A program made the position numbers and the translations under genes. The notes under the pieces were generated by a model. It was not told where the DNA came from. It was given only the letters and a program-made list of their open reading frames with translations, and did not search any database. 64,000 nucleotides of DNA from Nitrosopumilus sp. (GTDB lineage Archaea; Thermoproteota; Nitrososphaeria; Nitrososphaerales; Nitrosopumilaceae). Position 1 is the first letter of the stretch. Each line of letters begins with the position of its first letter. The stretch spans positions 1,728,001 through 1,792,000 of the forward strand of contig OY763927.2 of assembly GCA_963667665.2 (NCBI GenBank). The letters run 5' to 3'. This document shows positions 51,278 to 60,649 of the stretch, piece by piece.

Positions 51278-51664
51278 CTATTTTGGATGTTTAATTCCTC
51301 TAGAGTTTAGAACTTCGTAAACATCTGGTAGTGAAAATACAAAGCCAACATGTACACAATCTTTTTCTTCACAGAGTTGGCAAAACAGTTCTCCTTTCTG
51401 AACTGCAACTTCTGCAATTCTATTTTTGATATTATCTTTTAGTATTACACGATCATCATCAACAGAAATTTTTTCAATCTTTGGAGCATATCTTGCAAAG
51501 GTCTTGTCCTTTTGCATCATCTCCTCTAACATGTAAGTTACATAACCTGAAAAGCTGTTGACACCTTTCATTGCAAGGTCGTCTTTACTCTTTACAAATA
51601 CATCATGAAATTTATCATAAACAGTCTCTGAAACAGTGATTGATTTGAATCCAGCTTTTGGCAA
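51278..51664 (-). CDS. Putative DNA-binding protein (RHH-like N-terminus, Cys/His cluster)
   Basis: FKSITVSETVYDKF...SFSGYV; CQLCEEKDCVH. Confidence 0.7.
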   Translation of the reverse strand: MPKAGFKSITVSETVYDKFHDVFVKSKDDLAMKGVNSFSGYVTYMLEEMMQKDKTFARYAPKIEKISVDDDRVILKDNIKNRIAEVAVQKGELFCQLCEEKDCVHVGFVFSLPDVYEVLNSRGIKHPK

Positions 51665-51770
51665 TTTACTTTTCCTTACCGTACAATAAGGTACCTAAGT
51701 ATATAACGTTTTATTTTAAAGGTGATATTCGAAAATTAGTCTTTATACAATACCTTAATCCAAAAGCACT

Positions 51771-52664
51771 ATGGGTCGAGGCTATTCTTCTGAAGAAATT
51801 AGAAAAAAACTGATTTTGACTTTGGCTGATTCTAAAACTGGAATGTCTGGAATTGAGATTTCTGAAAAAATTGGTGTGAATCGAATTACCATGGGAAAGT
51901 ATCTCAAAGTTTTTGCAGTTGAAGGATTACTTCGACAAAAAAATATTGGAAATGTTACATTGTGGTTTTTAGAACCAGGACAAGAATCCTACAACTTTCC
52001 TGATGACTATTTCAAAATAACTCCAAAATATTTTGATTATCTAATCAAAGGTTCTGAAGACCAGGTTTATTCTTTAATTCGTAATTGTTTGCATTCTGGA
52101 GCAACTGTAAATCGTTTAATACTTGAAGTAATTTTGCCTGCCATTAATTCTGTCAAAAATTTGTATGATGATAGTAAGATTGGAACATCTGAACAAAATC
52201 TACTCAGAACCACAATTTCAAAATCGCTTCAAATCTTTAATCAACTTTTAGTTGATTTGGATACAAAGAAGAATGTAGTTGTAATATCTGCTGATACCCA
52301 AAGCCTTCTGTTTTCTGAAGCTGCATCATCTGCTTATCATTCTGATGGTTGGAAGGTTTCTCATTTAGGTGACATGTCTTCTGTAATCAATGTCTTATTT
52401 GATCTGGATTTTCAAAAATTGATTGGAAAAGTTTGGAAACAAAAACCAGGAATTTTGATAGTAGTTGTTTTCTCACAAACTGATGAAGGTCTGAACTTTT
52501 TTGCAGACTCTATTAATCCAATTAAAGAAAAGTCTGGAAAAAATATGAGATTAGCACTTTGTGGAAACATATCCAAAAAAACTAAAATTGATTCTGATTT
52601 ATTTTCTGAAAAATTTGAGGATATCTTACAATGGTCTCAAACAATATCTGAAAATATGAAATAA
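51771..52664 (+). CDS. wHTH transcriptional regulator with degenerate B12-binding-like module
   Basis: MSGIEISEKIGVNRITMGKYL HTH; cap-like EVILPAI...IGTSEQ; GWKVSHLG Rossmann strand. Confidence 0.7.
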   Translation: MGRGYSSEEIRKKLILTLADSKTGMSGIEISEKIGVNRITMGKYLKVFAVEGLLRQKNIGNVTLWFLEPGQESYNFPDDYFKITPKYFDYLIKGSEDQVYSLIRNCLHSGATVNRLILEVILPAINSVKNLYDDSKIGTSEQNLLRTTISKSLQIFNQLLVDLDTKKNVVVISADTQSLLFSEAASSAYHSDGWKVSHLGDMSSVINVLFDLDFQKLIGKVWKQKPGILIVVVFSQTDEGLNFFADSINPIKEKSGKNMRLALCGNISKKTKIDSDLFSEKFEDILQWSQTISENMK

Positions 52665-52673
52665 ATTACAAAA

Positions 52674-52700
52674 TGGGCCCGATTAGTAGGTGGGCCCGAT
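52674..52700 (-). repeat. 10-bp direct repeat of tRNA-Ile 3' end
   Basis: TGGGCCCGAT at 52674-52683 and 52691-52700, 7-bp spacer. Confidence 0.8.
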
Positions 52701-52765
52701 GTGATTCGAACACATGACCTTTCGATTATCAGTCGAACGCTCCAGCCAAGCTGAGCTACGAGCCC
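52691..52765 (-). tRNA. tRNA-Ile(GAT)
   Basis: GGGCTCG/CGGGCCC stem; TTCGA-CT-GAT-AA-TCGAA. Confidence 0.95.
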
Positions 52766-52798
52766 ACGAACAATTCTCTAGGCATGAGTCATTTAAGT

Positions 52799-53353
52799 TT
52801 AATTTTCTTTCCACTTGATTGAACAGCCAATTGATGGATCAAAATCCTTTTCTATTTTTTCGCCTGACAATAATTTTTGCATGTTGTTAATCATTATCTT
52901 TTCTGTAACTGTATCCTCAGGCTTCATGGCATTATCTATTCTTCCATGAAAGACTAATTGTTTTTGACTATTAAACAAGAATGGGTCTGGAGTACACATT
53001 GCACCATATTTCTTGGCAACCTCTTGTGTTTCATCTACCAAGTAATCGAATCCAAATCCTTTCTCTTCTGCTGTTTGTTTCATAGCATCAAAACTATCCT
53101 CAGGATAATCTGTAGAATCATTACTGTTAATTCCTATAATTGCAATTTCTTTTCCAAATTTTTCATAGAGCTCATTTAATGCATCAACTTTTGCTTTTAC
53201 ATATGGACAATGATTACACATGAAAATTACTAGAATTCCTTTGAAACTACCATAATCATTTATGGAATGTTTTTTGTCATCAATTCCTAATAATTCAAAG
53301 TCAGGTGCAATATCGCCTGTCTTCAGTTTGACTTGTGATTCTAAAAGTACCAT
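52799..53353 (-). CDS. Thioredoxin-fold redoxin (AhpC/TSA family)
   Basis: APDFEL, CNHCPY, TPD, GRID, GCSIKW. Confidence 0.9.
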   Translation of the reverse strand: MVLLESQVKLKTGDIAPDFELLGIDDKKHSINDYGSFKGILVIFMCNHCPYVKAKVDALNELYEKFGKEIAIIGINSNDSTDYPEDSFDAMKQTAEEKGFGFDYLVDETQEVAKKYGAMCTPDPFLFNSQKQLVFHGRIDNAMKPEDTVTEKIMINNMQKLLSGEKIEKDFDPSIGCSIKWKEN

Positions 53354-53433
53354 GTGGAAACTATCTCGTTTTCAAATAAAATTCTTGTCAAGAAGACAAC
53401 AATTAAAATCCACAGATTAATCATTCTTCACAT

Positions 53434-53507
53434 GGGCCGGTAGTATAGCCTGGTAGTATACCCGCCTTGCACGCGGGGGGTCACGGATTCGAATTCCGTC
53501 CGGTCCA
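53434..53507 (+). tRNA. tRNA-Ala(TGC)
   Basis: GGGCCGG/CCGGTCC with G3-U70; CCCGC-CT-TGC-AC-GCGGG. Confidence 0.95.
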
Positions 53508-53584
53508 CTTTTTATTCTCCCCGATCTATGCTGAATTTCAGACTGCTGGATGGATTTAAATAGGATAAGTTTCGGTTTTATTCT

Positions 53585-53686
53585 ATGACAAGCGCAGCAG
53601 ATGGATGGCCCGTATTTATTCCACTTATTGTTGGTTTAGCACCGGGTTTGATTTACTGGATAGCAATTACCGCAAAGAGAAAATAA
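53585..53686 (+). CDS. 33-aa single-TM microprotein (not in ORF track)
   Basis: MTSAADGWPVFIPLIVGLAPGLIYWIAITAKRK; TATA TTTAAATA at 53555; T tract after stop. Confidence 0.7.
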   Translation: MTSAADGWPVFIPLIVGLAPGLIYWIAITAKRK

Positions 53687-53817
53687 AATTTACATCTATT
53701 TTTAATTTCTTTTTATTATTTCATATGATAGAGTAGACTAGGTTAAACGTAGTTACCTTTCTTGTTCACTATATGATATGTTACACGAAATTAAACTACT
53801 ATCTCAATGAAATTTGT

Positions 53818-54885
53818 ATGCAGAAACTCATTCTAAGTGCATTTTTGATTTTCCTTCTAGTTCCATTTTCACAAGCATTCTCTGCAGAAACTACAGATAA
53901 TCCTTCAACACTATCTGTATCTCTTAGTAGTGAATCTCCATTTGTATTTCAGGATTCTGAGGGATATACTGTAGTAGTTGGGATAGTTGAAAATAACAAT
54001 TCACAAACTCCTGTAACTAATGTTAGAATTCAAGTAAACTATTTTGATGATTTTGATTCTAGTCCATTAGAAGTCATAATTGGATATACTACACTCGAAG
54101 TAATTCTTCCTAATGGGCAATCTCCATATGCAATACGTTCTGAAACCCCAAATCCTAACATCACTCAGGCATCTGTATCTCTTTTGGGATTTGATTCTTC
54201 AGTAGCAAAACAAAAGGGGCTAATAGTATATTCTAGTGAAGTACTTTTAGATACTTCATTTAGATTCTCAGGAGTTTTACAAAATGGCGGTGCTCCAAGT
54301 GCTGATACTAAGGTTCATCTTGCTTTCTATGATGGTTTTGAGCCACCACGAATACTTGGAGTCTCTACAATAGAACTTGGTAATATGGGACTAAACACTG
54401 AGGTCACTTTTGAACTTGATGAGAAAATTGATTCAAGAGCTGTAGGTTTTTTGTTATTTGCAGAATCTAGTGTTTTTTATTCTGATTTTGTAGATGTAAA
54501 AATTTCTCCTTCTCAAGTCCATACAAAATTAGTAATAATTTCTGATGTAACTGTAGAAGATACCAATGGAGAAAAATTATCTGAACTTAAGGTTGGTTCT
54601 ACTGTTAACATAAAAAGTAAAACTTTGATACAGTTTGTTGCAGATCAAGAATCCAACGAAATTGCATATACCTATTATGTACAAATCAAAGAGTTTGGAG
54701 AAATGCCTTATGTTGAGTATATTGGAAAATTTGATGGACGATTCATTGGGACAGGAATAGAAACTCAGAGCATAGACTGGATTCCAGAAAAAAAGGGATT
54801 ATTTTTCATTGAGACGTTTGTTTGGGATAAAAACAATGTTCCAATAGCAGAACAAGGTCCTTTTGTTCTAATTATTGTAAACTAG
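53818..54885 (+). CDS. Exported multi-Ig-domain protein with S-layer-like C-terminal domain
   Basis: Signal peptide from ATG 53818; VVGIVEN..YFD pattern; YYVQIK...WIP..G..IETFVW. Confidence 0.75.
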   Translation: MQKLILSAFLIFLLVPFSQAFSAETTDNPSTLSVSLSSESPFVFQDSEGYTVVVGIVENNNSQTPVTNVRIQVNYFDDFDSSPLEVIIGYTTLEVILPNGQSPYAIRSETPNPNITQASVSLLGFDSSVAKQKGLIVYSSEVLLDTSFRFSGVLQNGGAPSADTKVHLAFYDGFEPPRILGVSTIELGNMGLNTEVTFELDEKIDSRAVGFLLFAESSVFYSDFVDVKISPSQVHTKLVIISDVTVEDTNGEKLSELKVGSTVNIKSKTLIQFVADQESNEIAYTYYVQIKEFGEMPYVEYIGKFDGRFIGTGIETQSIDWIPEKKGLFFIETFVWDKNNVPIAEQGPFVLIIVN

Positions 54886-54948
54886 ACATTTAGAAAAAAG
54901 AAAACATACTTCATACAATTTAAATTCAAAAAGAATTTGCTATAATGA

Positions 54949-55668
54949 GTGTTGATTAAGAAATTTAACAAAATTTTCATTATTACTGTGATGTCATTAT
55001 TTGTTTTAGTTTCATCAGGTTCCCAGGCATTAGGTTATGGTGGTCCTCCTGAACAGAGTAGTGCTAACAATTACACTGTAGAGATATACTCTGAAAATGA
55101 ATCATATAATCTTGGAGATACAATAACATTTTCTGGTAGTGTCAATAAATATGATGAAGATAGAAATTTACGAATTTCAATTTTTGATTCTAGTAATAAT
55201 TTTATTCTAACTCAGAAAACTCCAGTCAATACTGATGGCACATTCTTACATAGTGTAATACTAAATGAGAAATTCTCTGATGGAAAATTTATCGTCAAAG
55301 CTCAGTATGGAAGTTCAAAGGCAACAGTAGAAAAAATGTCATTTGTGATAAATTCTAATGGTGATACATCTATGGAACAAAAATTAACTGGTGCAAAAAT
55401 CCCTGATTGGATTAAGAATAATGCTGGATGGTGGGCAGATGGTTTGATTGATGACAATTCATTTGTAGAAGGATTCCAGTTCTTGATAAAAGAAGGATTG
55501 ATGGAAATACCTGCTACTGAACAAGGTTCAGTTTCTCAAGATAACAAAATCCCTGATTGGATTAAGAATAATGCTGGATGGTGGGCAGATGGTTTGATTG
55601 ATGACAATTCATTTGTACAAGGAATTCAATTCTTGATAAAAGAAGGATTGATGAAAATATCAAATTAA
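54949..55668 (+). CDS. Exported protein with two IPDWIKNNAGWWADG repeats
   Basis: Signal peptide, Ig-like domain, duplicated thaumarchaeal Trp-rich C-terminal module. Confidence 0.8.
   Translation: MLIKKFNKIFIITVMSLFVLVSSGSQALGYGGPPEQSSANNYTVEIYSENESYNLGDTITFSGSVNKYDEDRNLRISIFDSSNNFILTQKTPVNTDGTFLHSVILNEKFSDGKFIVKAQYGSSKATVEKMSFVINSNGDTSMEQKLTGAKIPDWIKNNAGWWADGLIDDNSFVEGFQFLIKEGLMEIPATEQGSVSQDNKIPDWIKNNAGWWADGLIDDNSFVQGIQFLIKEGLMKISN
55396..55653 (+). repeat. 108-bp direct repeat, 150-bp period
   Basis: 55396-55503 vs 55546-55653, 4 mismatches by eye. Confidence 0.85.
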
Positions 55669-55739
55669 CATAAAATAATTTAATATCAAATATATCTCTA
55701 AAACAGGACATTTATTTTCAAAGAAATCAATACATTTGC

Positions 55740-56213
55740 ATGTCTAAATTCTCTCTTGTTGCTACTGGTGGTACATTTGATATTATTCATAAAGGTCATC
55801 TAACTTTACTTTCAAATGCATTTGCTCTTTCAGATAAAGTAATCATCGGATTAACTAGCGATGAACTTGCTGAAAAAAAAGGAAAACTATCAATTAACAA
55901 ATATGAAAAGCGACTCGAAAATTTGACACAAGTTATTTCAAAAGAATTTCCAAACTCTTCATTCCAAATCAGTAAACTAGACAATGATTTTGGACCTGCT
56001 GTTTTAGAGAAAGGAGTAGAAGCTTTGGTAGTTAGCGATGAAAAAAGTAATCAAGGTACTGTTCTAAATCAACTTAGAGCAGAAAAGAAATTATCCACTG
56101 TGAAAATTATAACGGTTCCAATGTTTCTGGCAAAAGATGGTAAACGAATCTCTACAACTAGAATCAAAAACTCTGAAATTGACGCAGAAGGAAACTTGTT
56201 ATCAATTGACTAA
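55740..56213 (+). CDS. coaD: Phosphopantetheine adenylyltransferase (archaeal type)
   Basis: GGTFDIIHKGH, GLTSD, FGPA, ISTTRI. Confidence 0.9.
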   Translation: MSKFSLVATGGTFDIIHKGHLTLLSNAFALSDKVIIGLTSDELAEKKGKLSINKYEKRLENLTQVISKEFPNSSFQISKLDNDFGPAVLEKGVEALVVSDEKSNQGTVLNQLRAEKKLSTVKIITVPMFLAKDGKRISTTRIKNSEIDAEGNLLSID

Positions 56214-56268
56214 TAGCTTGTCTAACTTTGAGTAATTGGAATAAAACAAAATTCTTGAATCAAGCCTC

Positions 56269-56598
56269 ATGGGAATCATCAATCACATGATGAAAGTAAT
56301 TGATACTGATGTCTCAAATCTGAAGCAAGGATTACAACCTCAAAACCTCTCATTTTGGTATGAGAAAATTATCAAAGAAACAATTGAAATGGCACCTCCT
56401 TGGCTTCAAGATAAAATCAAGGTTCATCAGGATCCTATTCTTACAATGAAATTTAATTTGGATATTTCAAAACGTGCAGTTAGATACTTTATGATTGCAG
56501 TTGACAATAACTTAGATGCGATGCCATACTCTACAAAACTCTATTTTCTCAAAGTTCAAGAGATACTGTCAACTGAAATGGATAAATCTCTAGTTTGA
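56269..56598 (+). CDS. Hypothetical protein
   Basis: 109-aa ORF co-oriented with neighbours. Confidence 0.7.
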   Translation: MGIINHMMKVIDTDVSNLKQGLQPQNLSFWYEKIIKETIEMAPPWLQDKIKVHQDPILTMKFNLDISKRAVRYFMIAVDNNLDAMPYSTKLYFLKVQEILSTEMDKSLV

Positions 56599-56668
56599 TG
56601 AGATTTTTATTCTAGGCACAAAACAAAGTCAAGGTATCTATAACCAATCAGTTTGAAATTTTCCAGAT

Positions 56669-57631
56669 ATGGAACTTTACAAAAGGTATTCTGATAGAAA
56701 AAGGTCTGGAAGAAATACTAGACAAGAAAATGGACCATCTAGATCTTTTAGAAATTCCAGAGATGATAGAGGTTCAAGATATTCCAGAGATGATAGAAGA
56801 GAATCTACAACTGTAACCTGTGCTGATTGTGGTACTGAATGTCAAGTTCCATTTGTTCCACGAACTGACAAACCAGTTTACTGTAGTGACTGTTTCAGAC
56901 AAAACAAACCACAAGATTCAGGAAATGATAGATATTCCAGAGATGATAGAGGTTCAAGATATTCCAGAGATGATAGAGGTTCAAGATATTCCAGAGATGA
57001 TAGAGGTTCAAGATATTCCAGAGATGATAGAAGAGAATCTACAACTGTAACCTGTGCTGATTGTGGTACTGAATGTCAAGTTCCATTTGTTCCACGAACT
57101 GACAAACCAGTTTACTGTAGTGACTGTTTCAGACAAAACAAACCACAAGATTCAGGAAATGATAGATATTCCAGAGATGATAGAGGTTCAAAATATTCCA
57201 GAGATGATAGAGGTTTAAGATATTCATCTAGACAAGAATCTCGTAGAGATAATTCTAGATCTAGCAAGCCACGAAGTGATAAATTTTTGAGAAAACAAGA
57301 GAGTTTCTTTGCAAATGGTTCAGACAAATTTTATGAAACTATCAAAGAAAAATTATATGAAATTTTAGGTGGAAAAATCTGTTCTAATTGTGGTTTCAAG
57401 GATGAAAGAGCATTAGGAATAAGTCCAATTTCTGGAAATGTCACTTCTGATAATTCTGGCCGTGGTGGCGATTCTGCCTCATGGGGAAAATATATTTCAG
57501 CACCAGATCTTGCTAGAGAAGAATTAAAGGTATTTTGCTTTAATTGTAATCAAATTAGAGAACCTATTTCAAAACCAACAGAAGATAGATCAAGACCAAA
57601 GTCAAAAACGAGTAGATATTTTCCTAGATAA
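56669..57631 (+). CDS. CxxC-x17-CxxC zinc-ribbon protein with RD/RS repeats and HNH-like C-terminal domain
   Basis: Two identical CADCG...VPFVP...PVYCSDCF domains; RYSRDDRGS repeats; CSNC...CFNCN. Confidence 0.8.
   Translation: MELYKRYSDRKRSGRNTRQENGPSRSFRNSRDDRGSRYSRDDRRESTTVTCADCGTECQVPFVPRTDKPVYCSDCFRQNKPQDSGNDRYSRDDRGSRYSRDDRGSRYSRDDRGSRYSRDDRRESTTVTCADCGTECQVPFVPRTDKPVYCSDCFRQNKPQDSGNDRYSRDDRGSKYSRDDRGLRYSSRQESRRDNSRSSKPRSDKFLRKQESFFANGSDKFYETIKEKLYEILGGKICSNCGFKDERALGISPISGNVTSDNSGRGGDSASWGKYISAPDLAREELKVFCFNCNQIREPISKPTEDRSRPKSKTSRYFPR
56755..57215 (+). repeat. 234-bp duplication containing 27-bp tandem repeats
   Basis: GAATCTACAAC at 56801 and 57035; AGATATTCCAGAGATGATAGAGGTTCA tandem at 56930-57031; outer ends approximate. 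Confidence 0.88.
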
Positions 57632-57693
57632 TCTTTAAAATCATCTTTGAGAATTCATTAACACTTTAATAATAATAATTTTGAAATCGAATC

Positions 57694-57777
57694 ATGGATG
57701 GCGATTCTAAAGCAATGGCAATTTCTCTTGTCGCTATGTTTGTAATAGTAACGGTATATACTTTCTTTACTCTATAA
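57694..57777 (+). CDS. 27-aa single-TM microprotein (not in ORF track)
   Basis: MDGDSKAMAISLVAMFVIVTVYTFFTL; TTTAATAA about 29 bp upstream; fills the intergenic gap. Confidence 0.55.
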   Translation: MDGDSKAMAISLVAMFVIVTVYTFFTL

Positions 57778-57779
57778 AT

Positions 57780-58061
57780 TCACTCTTTCACCATTTCAAT
57801 ATTATGTTCTAAAATTTTAGTGGAAACTAGCTTGTGTTCTTTGTCAATTACTGATTGAATAAAATCCGCAAATTTCTCAACATTTGCTTTATCCTTTAGT
57901 ACAATACTGTGCGCAGATTTATCCTTCAATGAAATCACCAATTCATTTTCAATTACATTAAGAATTGATCTAATGTAGGTTTCTTTACCTTCCTTTATGA
58001 AAATTAAACTGGCAAATTTCTGAGCCTCATATTTGTCCTCACATGCAATACTGATTTTCAT
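57780..58061 (-). CDS. Hypothetical protein
   Basis: 93 aa, overlaps trpS stop by 4 bp. Confidence 0.75.
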   Translation of the reverse strand: MKISIACEDKYEAQKFASLIFIKEGKETYIRSILNVIENELVISLKDKSAHSIVLKDKANVEKFADFIQSVIDKEHKLVSTKILEHNIEMVKE

Positions 58062-59170
58062 TTATTCTCAAAAAGAAATTGTTCTATCTTGTCTTTTGCC
58101 TTTTCTCTTTTTTCCTGATGAACTGTAAGAAAATCGTTAATTTTTTCAATTAAAATTGCTTTTAGTTCTCCAGTAAGTAATTTTCCAGATTTATAATCTT
58201 CATAAATTGTCTTTAACTTGCTGTCATCTGGTTCAAAAAATATTCTGAGATATTGATATGATACATCAATATCTGGATTTCCACCAAGCTTTCTATGCTG
58301 TTCAATATCTGGTTGTCCTCCTGAAAATGCATATTTGTTAATTTTCTTTTTTACTACATTTGGCGCATCAGTTGTGTATACTGTTCCATTTTCATCAGAT
58401 GCTGACATTTTTCCACCGGGTCCTTCTAATCCTGGAATCATTATGTTGTGAATTAATGCTGGTTTTGGTTTTCCAATCTTTGGTGCAATGTCTCTAGTTA
58501 ATCTAAAGTGAGGATCTTGGTCCACCCCTAACGGAATCAAGACTGGTTTGTCTTCAATAAAACATGGTGCAGATTGTAACGATGTATAAAAAATCATACC
58601 AATATTTGTTTCATTTGTAAATCCAAATGTTGCTTTTGTATTTGAAAAGTTAATTTTCTTTGCTACTTTAGCTGCAATTGGATAAAGAGTTTGAATATTT
58701 CTTGTATTGATAATAATTTTTGTTTTTTCTGGTTTGAAACCTAATGCAATAAAATCTAATGCATTCTCATATGCAAATTTTCCAGTTTCTTCTAATGTTA
58801 AATTGGGTTTTGAATAAAATTTTTCATCATCTGTTAATTGAAAATACATATTGACATCAAACTTTTCTTGTAACCATTTTGCAAAAACCCATGGAACAAG
58901 ATGTCCAATATGAGTATGACCCGAAGGACCTCTTCCGGTATATAGAAAGAATTTGTTACCCTTTTCATAATCATCAAGAATTCTGTTCATTTCTCTATGA
59001 GAGAAGAAAATACCCCTTCTAAGCATGAAATGGTCTTCACCAGTAACTTTCTTGATTCTATCTTGTAATTCTGAAGAAATCTTCTCAGTACCAAATCTCT
59101 TGATTAATTTATCATAATCAATATCTCCTTCAACATGCCAAGGAGTTACAATAAAGTCATCAGCTGACAT
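58058..59170 (-). CDS. trpS: Tryptophan--tRNA ligase
   Basis: VTPW, YTGRGPS, HIGH, DQDPHFR, KMSAS. Confidence 0.97.
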   Translation of the reverse strand: MSADDFIVTPWHVEGDIDYDKLIKRFGTEKISSELQDRIKKVTGEDHFMLRRGIFFSHREMNRILDDYEKGNKFFLYTGRGPSGHTHIGHLVPWVFAKWLQEKFDVNMYFQLTDDEKFYSKPNLTLEETGKFAYENALDFIALGFKPEKTKIIINTRNIQTLYPIAAKVAKKINFSNTKATFGFTNETNIGMIFYTSLQSAPCFIEDKPVLIPLGVDQDPHFRLTRDIAPKIGKPKPALIHNIMIPGLEGPGGKMSASDENGTVYTTDAPNVVKKKINKYAFSGGQPDIEQHRKLGGNPDIDVSYQYLRIFFEPDDSKLKTIYEDYKSGKLLTGELKAILIEKINDFLTVHQEKREKAKDKIEQFLFENK

Positions 59171-59218
59171 TCAATCTGACTTAGGTTAAGGTTTAAAAAG
59201 TCTTTTTCGATCTTTCTG

Positions 59219-60649
59219 ATGTTGTCACAAGTTTTTCATGATATTGAAAAAAAAATCATTCATTCTTTACAACCTGATCAAATTCTAACAATATCTGAAA
59301 TAATAAAAAAAACTGGTTTACAATCTGATCAAGTAAGAAGAGGCATTGAATGGTTAAAATTGAAAAATCTTGCAGATGTGAAAGAATCAACTGACATCCA
59401 TTTTCATTTTGGAGAGAAAGGAGATGATGCAATTGAAAATGGTTTACCTGAAAGGAGATTAGTAAATGAAATTGAAAAAGGAAATACAACTTTTGATAAG
59501 TTAAAACCAATTTTAGGTTTAGATTTTAATGCAGCTATAGCATATGCAAAAAAGAATGATTGGATTTCCATTACTAAAAATGAAAAATCAACTGAACTTT
59601 CTTTAAATAAAGATCGTAAAGAGTCATTAGAAGAAAAATTCATCATCAGCTGTAAATCTCAACAAGAAAATGAAACTAATGAAATTAAAGTATCTGCAGA
59701 TTCACTTTTTGCAATAACATCGCTTAAAAAACGTCCTGATTTTATTGTCGAATCATCATTCACCATCAAAAAAATTTCATTAACAGTTGAAGGCAAAAAA
59801 ATCAATTTAGATGATTTATCTCAATCAAGTGGTGCAATTGATGTTGAAGCTACAGTACCTGAAGTTTTTGCAGCAAGAACTCATCCATTAAAAGATACTA
59901 TTGATGAAATTCGTGAAATTTTTGTTACATTAGGTTTTTCAGAAATTTATGGAAACATGACTCAGTCAAGCTTTTGGAATTTTGATGCTTTATTTACTCC
60001 ACAAGATCATCCTGCAAGAGAATTACAGGATACATTTTATCTAGATGGTATTTCTGCCAAAAAAATTGCAACTCCAGAACAAATTAGAAAAGTTTCTGAA
60101 TCTCACAAAAAGAATTGGAGATATCATTGGGATATTAATGAAGCAAGAAAAATGGTTCTAAGAACCCATACTACTTGTGTTACAATTAAACATCTAGCTG
60201 AAACCAAACCCGATGAAGCAAGAGTTTTTTCATTAGGTCGTGTATTTAGAAATGAAAAAGTAAGTTACAAGCATCTTGTCGAATTTAATCAAATTGAAGG
60301 AATTGTTGTAGGAAAAGATGCTAATCTTAGAAATTTAATGGGAATTCAACGAGAATTCTATAAACGAATTGGAATTACAAAAATAAAATTCTGGCCAACA
60401 TTTTTTCCATATACAGAACCATCACTACAAACTATGGTGTATAATGAAAGATTAGGAAAATGGGTAGAACTCTTTGGAATGGGAATTTTTAGACCTGAAG
60501 TAACAAAACCTCTTGGAATTACTAAACCGGTTTTGGCATGGGGAGGAGGTATTGAAAGAATTGCAATGCTAAAGTATGGCATTGATGATGTAAGAGAATT
60601 TTACAACAATAACTTGAGTTGGTTAAGGAGTGCTAGAAAATGCCAGTAG
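59219..60649 (+). CDS. pheS: Phenylalanine--tRNA ligase alpha subunit
   Basis: WNFDALFTPQDHPARE, LRTHTT, FPYTEPS, GIERIAM. Confidence 0.97.
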   Translation: MLSQVFHDIEKKIIHSLQPDQILTISEIIKKTGLQSDQVRRGIEWLKLKNLADVKESTDIHFHFGEKGDDAIENGLPERRLVNEIEKGNTTFDKLKPILGLDFNAAIAYAKKNDWISITKNEKSTELSLNKDRKESLEEKFIISCKSQQENETNEIKVSADSLFAITSLKKRPDFIVESSFTIKKISLTVEGKKINLDDLSQSSGAIDVEATVPEVFAARTHPLKDTIDEIREIFVTLGFSEIYGNMTQSSFWNFDALFTPQDHPARELQDTFYLDGISAKKIATPEQIRKVSESHKKNWRYHWDINEARKMVLRTHTTCVTIKHLAETKPDEARVFSLGRVFRNEKVSYKHLVEFNQIEGIVVGKDANLRNLMGIQREFYKRIGITKIKFWPTFFPYTEPSLQTMVYNERLGKWVELFGMGIFRPEVTKPLGITKPVLAWGGGIERIAMLKYGIDDVREFYNNNLSWLRSARKCQ

